Of a DNA stretch of 64,000 bases, positions 37,101-51,500 are shown in pieces. Under the pieces are notes generated by a model, which saw only the letters and a program-made list of their open reading frames with translations, searched no databases and was not told the origin of the DNA. The position numbers and the translations under genes were made by a program. The first letter of the stretch is position 1. Each line of letters opens with the position of its first letter. Source of the DNA: Owenia fusiformis (Eukaryota); assembly GCA_903813345.2 (NCBI GenBank), contig CAIIXF020000001.1:26970001-27034000 (forward strand), read 5' to 3'.

Positions 37101-40100
37101 AGTCGACCGGGTACCTGGTTACCCGGTCACCCGTTTTTTTTACACAAACCCAGAAATTCTTGATGATGCATTTAAAATTGAGATCATTGTCTAATAATAA
37201 AAGATGTGAGTTTTTCGTTTTGGATGAATAAACATGTATGCTGAGCACATTTGGCAACTTAGTGAATCACACAAGTTCAATACCAATGACAATCCCAGTT
37301 TTTTATTCGTTATTTAAATCTTATTATTTAAGATTTTAGTTAAGCCTGAACTGGGATTGAAGTTACAGTATTGACCCCTGAATCTAGGTCTTAACTATGT
37401 CTCATATTTGAATAGTTCATTGTTAAAGGATTTAAGACCATGACTCAATGCATTATTTGCTGAATCATACCATGAAGGTGTTGTTTCCAAACTTTTGCAT
37501 GACTGCACAGCGGGAATGCAAAGTTTAGGAAACAACGCCTGAGTGGAATGAAGCAGCTACAATGCATTGAGTCTTGGGCTTAATCTCTTTTCACACATTG
37601 CAAATTCTTTTCTTTAAAATCATCTAAAAGGAATGGAATCACTAAAAGAACATTTTTTGCAAGGGTCAAGTTGGCAAGTCATCAAATCCAATGTGAAAAA
37701 TCCATTCATCACCATGACAACTGTTTAACTAGTGACCTTGCATGTGTTCTTGATATTTCACACACTGTTCATTATGTGAATACTCTGTTCAGATTGGCTG
37801 GAATCGAACACACCTTGTCTAACTATGTGTGAATGAGTAACAATGAATAGTAAATACACAATTGGATTGGTTGAAAGTATTTTGCCATGGTTGAATAAAT
37901 ATTGTTGTTGCTTAACAAAAAAAATCCAATGCTAATAAAACTTGCCATGGCATCGGGTTGTTGTCCTTTTTTCCCCAACAATTATTAATTCAAATTTTAA
38001 ATGCTCCAAATTAAATATAAAAATGGATAAAGTGTATTTTTTATTTCAGACATGTGCCATCCACATCTCAAACAATGTCACAAGATGGTTTCCATTTATA
38101 CACTGTATAGAAATTGCAGAAGATCTACCTAAAGCATCTGCAATACGTGTAAGTACCAGGGGGGGATCCAGGATTTTGTGTTAGGGGGGGGGGGGCGTGT
38201 GATTATAACTTTGAGCAAATTAAAAAAAAAGAGTCAAATTTTGTAAATTACGATGAGCAAAACACGAAATTTCCGACTTTTTAAGGGGTTAGCCCCCACG
38301 CCCCCATCTAGATCCGCTGGTGAGTACATCTTTATAGATGATTGTGTTATACGGATTATGTCAGGCTTGTGGATGGATATTTAACCTTTGATACTCTCAT
38401 AAACTTTGAGACTGTCACTGGATTTCGTCTGTCCCATATCATTTTAGATTAGATGCCCAACTTCAATTATTATTGATGTCAAGAGTATTGGTTATCATTT
38501 TTTCTTCAACATTTATTATAATGGTCTTCAGTATGAATGCCCCATGGTCTCGTGGTGTTTGATTGTGATAATGGTTCTTGAATGTTGGGGAAGGGGGGGT
38601 ATCAAACATTGTTTCATTACACATTAAATCATAGTTTGAGATATTCCGGGCTACTTGATTGGCTTACATATGATTATAAGTAGCCTACATATTTCAGTGT
38701 GCTCAGATGTATAAGATAGACTACTCAGCTGTGCAGAAATGTATGGCAAGTGACAAAGGTAACCTACTTGAACACCAGATGGCTCTGAAGACCAATGCTT
38801 TAAGCCCACCTCACAAATATGTCCCCTGGGTCACACTGAATGGGGTAAGTGATTTTACAGGGCTATTGTACATGCATATTCACCCCAGGTTACTTCAGTT
38901 TTTTGTCACTGAATGTATTATATGTGATAGTATGATATTCTTTATTTACAGGTGTCTCACATGTCAATTACATGTATATAACTAGTAAGGAATAGAAATA
39001 TTGTAAGATTTATGATTTCAAAATTATTGTTCTGTGGTGTAAGATAATTACTTTAGTATGAATACAGACATTTCATTACAACATTTAAATATTTTCATAC
39101 ATTTATATTTAAAGAGGCTCTATGCCATAGGATAGCACAATCAAGACCCCTTTGGACTTTTTTGCATATTGAGTTTCACCACACATGTACCCATCTACTT
39201 ACCAAAGAAGAAGTCCCATATCCCCCTCTTTCAGTGTTAATTTTGGGATTGTGCTGGACAATCTAATTATTTTCGAAGAAATTAATTCAATCTGAAGTTT
39301 GAATATATCTGGAAAGTCCGCCTGTTATCTGATTGGTCGTTGAATTTGTTTATCATAAACCTGATTGGCTGCCTGGTTCAAGGCACTTGTGTGACTCAAT
39401 GGGGATTCCCCTTGCTAGTCAAGGAATCGATTGTGTTTAATTCTGGAGTTTGGTTGTTCTGTTGATTATTTCAATATTTCGGCAATAATATACCATAAGT
39501 TATTCTCAAGATATATCCATGGTATGTGAGATATTATTAGCAATAACAATAGGACCTCATTGATTTTCTGGGGGAGAAACTTATGGCATAATGTATCTTT
39601 AAATGCCAATATTTTCTGTCCCTATATCTTGACACTGATGTTTAAACGTTTTAAATGATTTTCAGGTTCATACTGAATCCATGGAAAAGGAGGCTGAATC
39701 TAATCTACTGAAACTTGTGTGTGATACATATAAGGTAATAAGATGTAAATAGAGTAAATCTTGGGAGGTATTGTGTATTAGATTTATCCTGAGGGAGGAG
39801 TAGATTTTCTGATGATAGCTATTTTATATTTTTGCATGTGATGAATAAGAATTTTTATATAGAACGAAATGTTCTAAACTTTAAAATGGTTTTATATTCA
39901 TGATATTGCACAACAAATATAAGTACAAGTGATTGTCACTTGCATTTATTTTTGTTACAGTCTACTTAATGACAAAACTAAATTAAATGTTTTATTTTGG
40001 TCTTATTGATTTATATAGTTTATTGGCATCTGTGTAAGTTTGCATCTGTCTATATTATCTTCCAGGGTCCAACGCCTAAAGCTTGCAGTCAGCTCGAAGA

Positions 40101-40134
40101 CCTGGAGTCATTGAGCAGGTGTTATAGAGACTAG
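34119..40134 (+). CDS. IFI30: Gamma-interferon-inducible lysosomal thiol reductase (GILT) with N-terminal saposin A-type motif; 7 exons
   Basis: Exons 34119-34223, 35133-35321, 36078-36152, 38050-38148, 38698-38844, 39666-39734 and 40066-40134. Features: signal peptide, active site YMESLCPDC, LVPYGNA, signature CQHGKEECIGNLIETC, HKYVPWVTLNG. Confidence 0.95.
34446..34859. mobile_element. PIF/Harbinger (Tourist-like) MITE
   Basis: TTA|GGGGAGGCATCAAAAG ... CTTTTGATGCCTCCCC|TTA; ~50-bp TIR and 3-bp TTA TSD. Confidence 0.85.
36227..37151. mobile_element. Mutator (MULE)-like non-autonomous element
   Basis: 9-bp TSD AGAAATTCT (36218-26, 37152-60); TIR GGGTTTGTGTAAAAAA..GGTGACCGGGTAACCAGG..AACGTTCCTAGCAGGGTTA; AACGT-rich interior. 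Confidence 0.88.
37425..37590. repeat. ~165-bp imperfect palindrome (foldback)
   Basis: GACTCAATGCATT..GTTGTTTCC-AAACTTT.GCAT vs ATGCAAAGTTTAGGAAACAAC..AATGCATTGAGTC. Confidence 0.75.
38157..38321. mobile_element. hAT-like MITE (CAGGGGCGGATCC type) next to the GILT exon 4 donor
   Basis: CAGGGGGGGATCCAG ... CTAGATCCGCTGGTG; G/C-run subterminals. Confidence 0.5.
39113..39598. mobile_element. Kolobok-like MITE
   Basis: TTAA|AGAGGCTCTATGCCATA ... TATGGCATAATGTATCT|TTAA. Confidence 0.6.
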
Positions 40135-41904
40135 AGAAATGCAATTTACATCAATATGTGCCACTTTAATGCATTGAACAATAATATTTGGTGCTTGTGA
40201 ACACTGTGTGCTCGACGAGAATGAGTTTTATCAATATAATTCTTGATTCTGCAATTTTTGTGATTTATTTTGTATTGATTTCCATAGTATCAATTTATGA
40301 TCAGATCAGACTGGTTACAGGTTAGACAAGTATGGGATTAATTAATTTGGCTCCCGTTTTAATTTGACGGATTGGCATATTCAGAAAATCCACAAAATTA
40401 AAAATCAGTCAAATTCCAGTTTGGAATTTTTGTCCAATCCACTTCAGAAATTAAGCTCCAGGGGCCCCTTTTCCTGTCAACATGTCATCAATACTACTGT
40501 ACATTATTCCAAAAGAAATACAGAAAATATCTTAGTAAACACATGTCCTCATGATATAAACATCTACAAAAATTAAACTTCAATCCTGAATCCGCCAAAT
40601 TAAATAGCCACCAATATTTGAAATTGAGCAAATCCCTCCAAATAAGTAGCATCAAAATAAGTGTATCTACACTATATAGAATAAATTTGGCACCACTTTC
40701 TGAATTAATTTTAATTTCTTATTTGAATTTACTGTGGATATGTATTGATGTCTCTAGATATACATACGCACATATACATTGCGTTCTGTAATGCTATGTT
40801 GCATAAACTCATTATTACATTCACAGTCCTGATATATACTGTACGTATATATCAACCAGGATTGTATTAATACTCAGTGTTCAATATTTTATTTCTCTTG
40901 TCCATTTTTATTATTTGTGTAAATGTACACTGTAGTATTTATGTGTAGCCATTTTTGGTTGCATAAGCTGAACATCTCACCAATATTGGCCAGAAGTCAT
41001 TCCATAGAAACATCCTATTGCAGTTTTGATGTTGTGTTGTTTACTAGAGTTTGTAACTATAAATATAAGAACAAAATAAATTCTATTGTATTTACAAAGT
41101 TTTGTTTGAGTATTTTTATTATTGCACATTAAGTCAAACAATTAGAAACAATGGAATCTATATATAAGAATATATCCTAATACCCACAAGCATCTTCTTC
41201 CGAATCAAATATATCATCGCATCATTTTCATTTCATTGCAATATAAGAGAACTCAATTGTGATTTATGCTGTCCAGTTCTCCTGAATAATGACTGATAAA
41301 ATTCACTCACTTGGGCACTAAAATATTTATAGGTAGTATCAGAATGTCCGAGATTGTAAACAACTTTTCCAAATAGTTTGATTCACTCAGTATCGTGTCC
41401 CTTTATACACAGTACATGTATCATTCCATGTCAACATCATACACCATTCAATAATATGAACTTCATAGACACATTAAAAATGTATCCATATCCAATATTT
41501 GAATGAACTTACACATTTATTCAAGATATCATGGATCATTTTTGGTGTTTTAAAAGTGCCAGTATACACTTCTGATATACATTTTACTCTTACAACATGA
41601 CTTCTTGAAGCATATATCAAAACAACTGTAAATGCAACTTAACCTACAAATGTGATATACAATACATTAATTATAATTTCATTGATCATTTACAAATTAA
41701 ACTGTTAATCAAATGCTGATACCAAATATATTTTTAAAAACAAACTGTAAAGTCTACTAAAAGTAAAAATGATAGACTTTCATTCCAACTCAATATAAAT
41801 AACCAATTACTTGTACAACAAGTTCATGAACAGATGCTGTTTGTCAAAATCTACCAGTCTCACTTATGGACCAACTAGTCCTATTTGAATCTACAATGTC
41901 TTAA

Positions 41905-42463
41905 AGGGTGCCGATAAGCTTCCCATATAAAAACAATATGGCGGCTCCAGGCGAGTCAACTGGATCAGTCCATTTATAAGAAATAAGGGGAGTTTTGTAA
42001 AATCCAGCTTATTGAAATTGTCTTGGAGATAAAGTTATCCGTTTAAGATGATTCTGAAAACATTATTGAGAGAGTGATTGTTCAAAGAATGCATATACAA
42101 CACCCAATATAAACCTTTGCATTAGAGCTGCTTTATTTCATTTGGAGGATATTTCATATGTCAAAATGTGTACCAATACGTTATGGGGAAATTTAGATGT
42201 CAATTTTTCTTTATTATACACAAATAGAAGATCTTGAAACTTCACCCATAAATGTGAAATTGATTTGTCAAAATAAAAATCTCCCTTTTATAAATGTCTG
42301 ACGATCTATAATATACTAATGCTATAAAACAGTTAGAGGTGTCGACACACTGACCTCAAGCCTGTGAACCCTTGAATATTATTCCGGGATTGGGCCTTTT
42401 ATACTAAACAGTGAGCAACACCAGAAAAGAGTGTCTGAATCACTAAACGATATGTGTCACCCT
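41905..42463. mobile_element. Kolobok-like MITE in the CTNS 3' region
   Basis: TTAA|AGGGTGCCGATA ... TATGTGTCACCCT|TTAA. Confidence 0.6.
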
Positions 42464-42538
42464 TTAAAACAGTAGTTTCTGTTTAGTTTTGAATCTGTAT
42501 GAGAAAGAGTATAACCTGACACTTATAATAGTCCACAT

Positions 42539-45500
42539 TCATGTATATAACACATCTTTCTCCTCACCATCTGGAGCAATCATCTTGCCATTTATAGGAC
42601 TGTAGGGTGTAGCCCCTCTGTAGAGGCAATAGTGTTGAATCATAAACAGAATGTCAAACAATATGGAGAAAAATCCAAGTCCAAATTTTGTTGGATCACC
42701 AAATATGGAACTCCAGTCATCTAGAAATACACAAACAGTACTTGTACAAACATACATATGAGAAATACACAAATAGTACTTGTACAAACATACATATGAG
42801 AAATGTTTCCTTTGGGAGAATGTTTTTTACCACTGTCATAATTTGCCAATTTTTACAATTTTCATTTGTCCATGGGCTATTGCACCCATCCACCTTGTAA
42901 ATTTGTTTTTGAAAATATTCAAAATATTTGGTAAATATAATGGGAGTAAGGGTGAGAGCTTAATCCGAGATGGCTGACTTGAGGAATTTGAATTTCCAGG
43001 CTACTAACTATGTGGTTGCCCCAAAATGAAATTATGGCCAATGGGTCAACATTTGATGGATACCTTTACATTCAATTTGAAAACATAACATCTTATATCT
43101 ATTAATTTTCTATAAGAAATGGCTCAATCAATAGCGCTTATCACCTATTTATATTTTTCAAATTTTTCTTTTTTTCTTGAATTTTGTTTCTCAGATTCTG
43201 CCAGAGTCTTTCGTGGAAAGGTAAGGTGTGCATTTATTGCTGCAGTACTATGGGCATCAATTAGAGAGAATACGGCATATATCTTACTGTTATTGTATGA
43301 GATAAGGAACATCTGAAGCAAGCTGAGAGAACCCCCTGTAAAGTCTAGCAAAACATTGCCAATACTCCAGCCCTCTGTACTCTTGCGTCTGAAGTTCATA
43401 TAAGCCTGAAATAAGATAATGTATTGTAGATTTAAGCAGATCTCTATAGGTTTAAAACAAGATAACACTGTCTCCTAAAGCAAGGAGCCTAATAAAGGTG
43501 AACACAACTTCGAGTCATCAGCAAAAGCCAAAATATTAAACAACTGATTTCAGCTGAGTATATGTAGCTTAAGATTAGAATGTATTGTATAAATATAGCA
43601 ATTCATGTTAAAGACATGCAGAAACATTTTTTATCCTTTGTATAATCATCAACACAATCCTTCCAGTTGTTAGACTCAATGAGTTCACCTGCCATAAGTT
43701 TAATTGATTGAAAATATTTCAATGCTGAATCAGCCGATGTACCTGAGGTATGTACTTTATGAGAGTGACCCCTAGTTTAATATAGGAGAAGTAGTAGAGG
43801 TATTGTAGCCATGTGATCTTGTGGAATATCGTCACAAAGAGAGCTATGAAAGCAAACAGCCAGGAGCCTGATACCAGCACAATGGAGATTTTCGACATTT
43901 TTTGACCTGCTCTCTGCAATAACATACAATAGCAATTACAGACAATAGTCACATACAATATTTATGACATAAAATAGCAATCATATACAAGGCATTAACA
44001 TGACAAAATGTAGTGTGCTCACAATGTTATGACTCTTTTTTACCTTGATAAGGTCAATAAAGGTCAAATCTAAAATCTATAGTCAGATTTGATTTCTTGA
44101 GAACTTGTAGATGATTTTGAAAAAATGGTCAATTTGAAGCAAGTTGCAAATAGACATTTTGACCTTTTAACCTTTTTATCTTTAGAAGGTCATTGAAGGT
44201 CAAATCTTAAATCTAAAGTCAGATTTAAACATTAAGAAGGCCATTGGAGCTGAAATCTCAAATCTAAAGTCAGATTTGAACTTCTGAGAACTTGTAGATT
44301 TTTTTTTTAAAAATTGGTCAATTTTAAGCAAATTGAAAAAAGACCCTTTGACCCTTTTTTTCTACGTCTGGTCCTACTGTTAATGCTTACCTCATATATG
44401 AGACATTGTAGAATTGTAATGATGGTTACAAATACTGCATGGAGTGTGAACACAACATCATTCAGTTGTACAGGATTCACCCCTCTGGGATGTTCACTGT
44501 GATATTGACCCTAGAAAAACACAAACCTCTATTCAATGCAAATTCAATGTAGTGGGTCATTTTCATCAGTGTAACAAAATGTCTGAGTTGAAAATTGAAA
44601 AGTGAAGTTTTCTTAGCATGTTCTGATCTTGATATCTCATAGTGGAGAGATGTTCTGATCCCAACCAATGATAAATAATAATGCATTGCTTCGGCCCTTG
44701 CTCTGTATGTAACGTGATTTTGATTAATATGATAATAAAAAACCTTTAAACCTAAACCCATGACGAAACCAGTAGCAGAACAATCTTTATTTCAGTACAA
44801 TGTATATTTAAATCAACAAATATGTTGGCTGGTATATGGATGGATGTTTATCAGTGGAGGAGTATGAGTAAATGTGACTTATTCTTACCTTGACCAGTGG
44901 GATCCAAAACATTCCAACATTAAAGAATCCATAGGCAAGAAATCCAGTCAAGTTGTAGGCCAAGAAGTCAAAGTTTAAGCCAACAACACTGTAACATAGA
45001 AAAAATATAATAGTTAAGTTTAAACAATTAGCTTTGTCTAACAAGTCTTCTTAAAAATCTTGACAGAAAGGGCGGGAATCATAAAGTAAACAAACCTGTA
45101 ATAGACTTTTTTAATGAGTTCAAATTGAATTTAGATTTAATTGATATTTATAGGGTTCGTAATCCAGACGTAAAAAGATTTACATGGCGACAAAAAAAAC
45201 TAGCAATAATGAGTAGACTGGATATATGGTTATGTTCGGACGACCTTCAAAATGATATTGAAAAGGTGGATATTGACACTGGTATTCTTTCTGACCACTC
45301 TCCAATAACTCTTAGTTTAAATAATCTTCATATTAAAAGAGGTCCAAGTCATTGGAGATATAATAACAGCCTATCAAAAGATAAAGATTTTGAATCCGAA
45401 TTAATTCAAAACATTGAAATATGGTCAAATGAGTCAAAAGATCTCAAAGATAAACGAGTTGTTTGGGACTTCATAAAATATAAAATTAGAGAGTTTTCAA

Positions 45501-48500
45501 TTAAATTTTCTAAACAAAAAGCAAAAGCTAGAAGAAAATGTAGACAAGATCTTGAAAATAAACTGATAAAATTACAAGAGCAACTTGATAACAGCCCCAA
45601 TGATATAGCCATTAAAGATGAATTTTACAAATGTCAATTAGAACTTGAAAATATATTTGAATATATTACACAGGGAGAACTGATTCGATCAATATCGCAA
45701 AATTTTATCGAAGGCGAAAAAGGCACAAAATATTTCTTGCAACTTGAAAAGAAAAATGCTGCAAAAAACAGTATAACACAACTTAAAAATTCAAAGGGTG
45801 ATATAGTTAAAGATTTTTCAACTGTTCAGAGAAACATTTTAGACTTTTATAAAAATCTGTATTCTAAAAGTAACGCAAAAGTTGACGACAATAATGCAAA
45901 TAAGTTTTTTAAAAATGTTAATATTCCTAAATTGTCCAATAAGGATAAATTATCAATGGAGTCCCAAATAACAATCGAAGAATGCTTCAAGACAATGCAA
46001 ACGTTTCAATTAAATAAGTCCCCGGGAAGCGATGGACTGACAATAGAATTTTATATTTTCTTTTGGAATAATATAAAGAGTTTTTTTATCGAGGCAATGA
46101 ATTTTACTTTCACTAAAAAAGAAATGTCAGCATCTCAAAGAGAAATATTAATGAAACTTATTCCAAAAAAAGGTAGAGATGCTCTATTTTTGAAAAACCA
46201 AAGACCTATTTCCCTTATTAATGTCGATGCAAAAATAATAGCTAAAGTAATTTATAAAAGAATTGAAGCTTTTTTGGATAAATTGATACAATCAGATCAA
46301 GCTGCATTTGTGAAAGATAGACATATGGCTGAAATAGCAAGACTCATTGAAGATTCGATATTTTATACAAATGATAGAAACACAGATGGCGCTCTAATCG
46401 CAATTGATTTCCTCAAAGCATTTGACTCATTAAACCATGATTTCCTCTTCCAAGCATTAGAAACATTTAATTTTGGTGACTATATCAAATCTTGGATTAA
46501 AATACTTTATACTAACATACATGCCAAAGTTATGAATTTAGGATTTAGTGGAGAACAATTTAATATTGAAAGGGGTATTAAGCAAGGAGATCCTTTGTCC
46601 CCCATACTGTTTATTCTCTCAGTAGAGTTTCTGGCACAAGCAATTAGAGATGACCATTTAATCAAAGGGATTAAAATTGGGGAAGATAAGGAGATAAAAC
46701 TTAGTATTTACGCAGATGACATGACACTTTTTGTAAGGGATAAAGAATCTGTACACCAAGCTATGAGAGTGCTAAAAGACTTTGAAAATTGTAGTGGGTT
46801 GAAAACAAATTTAGAAAAAACTGAACTCTTCACTATTGGCAAATCAAAAAATGAAATTTGGAAAATTGGTGCACTTAAACAAGTTAAAGAAATAAAAGTT
46901 TTGGGTGTTTTCTTTAACCATGATGAAACCAAGAAAAATGAGCAAAATTTTAGAGTCGTGATAAATCACTTAAAACAAACTCTTAACCTGTGGAAAACTA
47001 GACAACTAACAATAATAGGGAAAATACAAATTGTGAAAACATTTGGGTTATCAAAATTCAATTTTATTTGTTCGGTCATAGATACACCAGATAGATACCT
47101 TAAAGAAATCAATGATATTGTGTTTAAATTTTTATGGAATGGCAGGGATAAAATTAAGAGGAAATCATTAATTTCCGACTTCAAAGAAGGGGGCTTGAGA
47201 ATGAGTGATTTAAAAACAAAAATTAAAAGTGCCCAACTAAAGTGGGTTCAGAAATTAATTAAAGATACAGACAAGAATTCTCCATGGACTGTCATTCCAA
47301 ATTATTACCTTCGTCAAAAAGGTGGCTTATTTGTATTGAATTGCAAGTATGATATAACTAAATTGAATATTGATATGCCAAAGTATTATATACACATGCT
47401 TCAAACATTTATGGAATTGCCCCGTTCACAAACCGATATACCAGAGGAAATAATATGGAATAACAAAAAGATCACGATACAAAATAAATCACTCTTCTGG
47501 AAAGAATTTTTCAATAGAGGCATAATAAAAATTAAAGATTTATTTATAGATGGATCAATTAAAACATGGCACCAGATTAAGGTACAAACAGGTCTATCTG
47601 ATGTATACATGCTGAAATGGTTTGGAATTTTAAAAGCCATCCCAAGAACTTGGCTTATAAGAAATAATGTATTTGAAAATAATGTCAATTTAGATGTAAA
47701 ACACTGTAATTTTGATATTGTACATGGAAAAAAAATATTTCAGTTTAACAAATGTACATCAAAGTTATTGTATTCTATTTTATTGTCACACATTGCTGAA
47801 CAACCAACAGCAAAAGGAAAGCTTAGTATAAAATATAAATTAAACGAAGAAGACTGGAATTTTTATTATACGTAGTATCATTACATTTTAACGTATTCTA
47901 AACACAGGGCTTTTCAATTTAAACTTATAAATTGCATTTTATATACAAACAATGATCTATTTAAATATAATGTAATACAATCGCCGATGTGCGAATTCTG
48001 TCATACTGCATTTGAAACGATTGATCACTTATTTTATCTTTGTGAATATACAAATCAGTTTTGGAACAGTGTTAAGCAACACATTTTGAAAAAACTCAAA
48101 TATTTTGATTTAAACAATGTGCTCTTTGGCTCTAAAAAATGGAGCAAATACGAAAATATGATTATAATTATTGCAAAATACTTCTTGTATAATCAAAAAT
48201 TGCTACGAGAACTACCAGTGTACAGAAAATTCGAAATGTATTTAAAATACTGTAAAGAAAATGATAATAAGATATGGAATGAATGAAGAAGGATGTCTGT
48301 GAAATGGAGTGAATGTTTAAAATATACTTTGTAAGAATATATTACAGAAGTCAATATGTTTTCTTAATAAAAAAAAAAAAAAAAAAAAAAAAAGTCTTTA
48401 TAAAGGATGGAATAATAAAGCACAAATATCACTCAAAAGATCATCTAATTATTACAAGTATTCAACTAGACAACAGCAACGCCAAAGCGTAGCAAATCCC

Positions 48501-51500
48501 ATCGGACAGCCATGGCTGGCATTTTTAGAAACAAAGTATATAGCAAGAATGGCAGCCATTTTTCAAAATGGCTACCTTCCACCAAAAGTGTCATTAGACA
48601 GTGTGCCATGCTTATAGTATTCACATACCAAATATGAACAAAATCGCTCCACGACTTTTTGAGTTACGGCAAATTGTTTTTGCTACTTTTGCCTCCGAAC
48701 TTTGTTCGATGGGATAACAATATTCTGTAACAATGTACATGATGCACAAAGCTGATGAATAAATAGATGTCTCTACACTGTAGTGGTGTAATGAGTGACT
48801 CGGTCAATCAACTAGAACTCGAATGAGCCTAGAAAATGATCAATCGATTGAAAATTTGAAAATCCTGATCCTGAAAATTTCTGAGAAAATTGAATGCGCT
48901 ATGGATTTTGACGGAAGTGGGAATTGAGTAGTCATGAAACCAAAAGTCGATGTAAGTAGTGACAAATGCCTTGATTTGCCAGGCTCTAATTTTCTCAATT
49001 TTTAAAATAAAAAAAATCGTCAAATTTGCCTCCTGGATCATCAAATTTAACATTCTACTCGAGTAGAGATTTTGGTGGCGAGTCCCACGACTACAGCTTA
49101 AATCATCGTGGAGTTCCAAATCAAGGGTTTCACTCTGTTTTTAACCTCTTGAATCCCAGGCTCTAAAATCAGTTGAAACCAGAGATTTTTTCATTTTTGC
49201 CACCTTTTGACATTATACTACATACCTATACAAATCCAGATGCTCAACTTAGTAAAATAAGATGGCAGAGATCATTTCTACACATTTTAAAACAATTTTT
49301 GTGTAAATTGGATGAAAATTGTTCAAATAAGAGCAATTTTAGTGAAAAATTTTATTGTCACTCTGACGAGAAATCTTGTCACTCCAGGTAGTCAAGAAGT
49401 TAAACTGTTACCTTTTCCTGCTCCAATTAAGATAGACTTGGGGGTAGAATGAAATGGACCATGCGGCAAAGTAGATCCACCCTATAACTGCATTGACAGT
49501 GATCAAGATGATACTGTGTACAACTGTCACCTTGGTGAATGTATCTCCAATTCTGAAACAGAATTTTTTACCTTCCATCACAAGTCAATGTTCGTTACAT
49601 TCAGAGGTATAGGCAGGATCTTCAATAGATGAAACTAATGTGAATATAGGGATATAAGCCCATAGTGTCTGTAGTTGTAGGACTTCAATTTCACATGTGG
49701 AAAATTTCTGAATAATTATTTTTCAAAAAGATATTTCACGGGGGTAAAGCAGACCAGATGATGCAATGAGCTTGCTCGGCGGTATCATGACTGTGTAACG
49801 GGGCTTAATGTATAAGTGAGCTCGGCAGTAGGTTCAAACAACGCATATCCTCAAAGCATGTGCTCATGGTATCAACGTGGCTTAACACCCGTGTATTTGG
49901 CGCCTAGCTACGCCCATGATGATTATTACATTCTGAGAAAAAAGTACTTATTATTGTAATGTAAGATTTTACAATCGAAGAGCCTTTTGAAAGATGTATA
50001 TCATTTTAACAAACAAAATATAATATAAATACAATTCAGAGACTAGGACTAAAGCAATGTTGGCTCCATAGAGTAATAATTATCACGATGCCCATGTCAA
50101 GCAGCGTGCCTACTAGGCACCCAGTTTGAAACTCTGACAAACTGCGAGCATATTTCAAAATGGAAGACAGGGAGGACATGACTCCCAAAAAGAGCCAAAA
50201 TACGAAAAATACAAGATAAGCCTCGTTCTAAAGATAGTGCCATTCTGTGAAGATGAACTTAATTTACTCATAGTACTCAATGTTTTTCCCGATGTAAACC
50301 TAGTTATCTCAATATAAGGGTCTAAAGTAACTTCTGTGTTCAAAATTTACAGTGTAAAGTTATATCTATGTCTTTTTATCGTCATTTGCCGTTTATTCAG
50401 CCATTGTGTCTGTGTATGCTAGAATATATAGGATCACTCCATCTGATTAAAGCAGCATAGTTTGTTTTCAAAACGATAATACGCCATAAACGTGATTTAA
50501 ACATTTTTCTTGTCAAACTGCGCGCTTATATTCACATGTATTTCCCAAACTGCGTGCCTAATATTTCCAAATTTGCCTATCCAAGCTTGTTTTGTATTAT
50601 TAGAAAGCGTAAGCGCCATACGAGGGTATATCATAAAGTTCTCATAATATCTCTCTAATTTTTTTATTTTTCAATATATCCTGATGAATTTTTTACAGAA
50701 TATGTAGTATAGAATGCTGTATTAATCTATCAAAAAATATTTGGTATAACAGAAATATTATTTAAGAAATGGTTGCCATAGTAACCCGAAATCAAGGCAC
50801 CCGGGGCAAATAAAAAATTGTGCAAGAATAGCCCCAACTAACCATGTTAAGATGCATAACAAGTTATCAAATAAGCTATGAAACACATCAAATTGGTAAG
50901 TACCATGTATTCTTGACTGTTTTAAACTATTATAATGGTCATGTGAATTGTGTGATCTCATAATGGATGATTGTAATGCTTCATTAGAAGTGATGTCAGA
51001 CACTACAACTGTTTTGTCAAATATTCCAAGGAAAGTCAATTTTCCACTTTAGTCCATCTTAAATAAATAATAGACCGGTATAGGGTGTAATTATGTTGGT
51101 ATCTTTGCACCATATTTGTTTTACATCATATTTAGTATGAGCAAAGGATTTTTTGAACTAGACTTTTTATCAGTGAGAATATTATTTTTCTGATGATCCC
51201 TGCATCTATGCATTATCTTACTCAGTCATTTCTGATCATTAAGCTTTGATTCTCAGAGTCTGGTATCACATCTAATGAAGCATGTAAGCATCCCCTATGG
51301 CACCACACAATCCACATGATCAATTTATTTTATAGTAAAAGCATTTAACAACACAGTCAAGTTAACATTTTAATATGTTTGGTAATTTTATGAGAGTTTA
51401 TTATGTATGTAAACAAGGTTAATTAAGATCATTCTCTCAATTATTTTTATTTGCCCCGGGTGCCTTGATTTCCGGTTACTATGGCAACCATTACTTATCT

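Noticed and set aside
49740..49900. tRNA or tRNA-derived SINE (GGTTCAAAC B-box-like motif)
   Set aside because: No cloverleaf or convincing A box could be formed.
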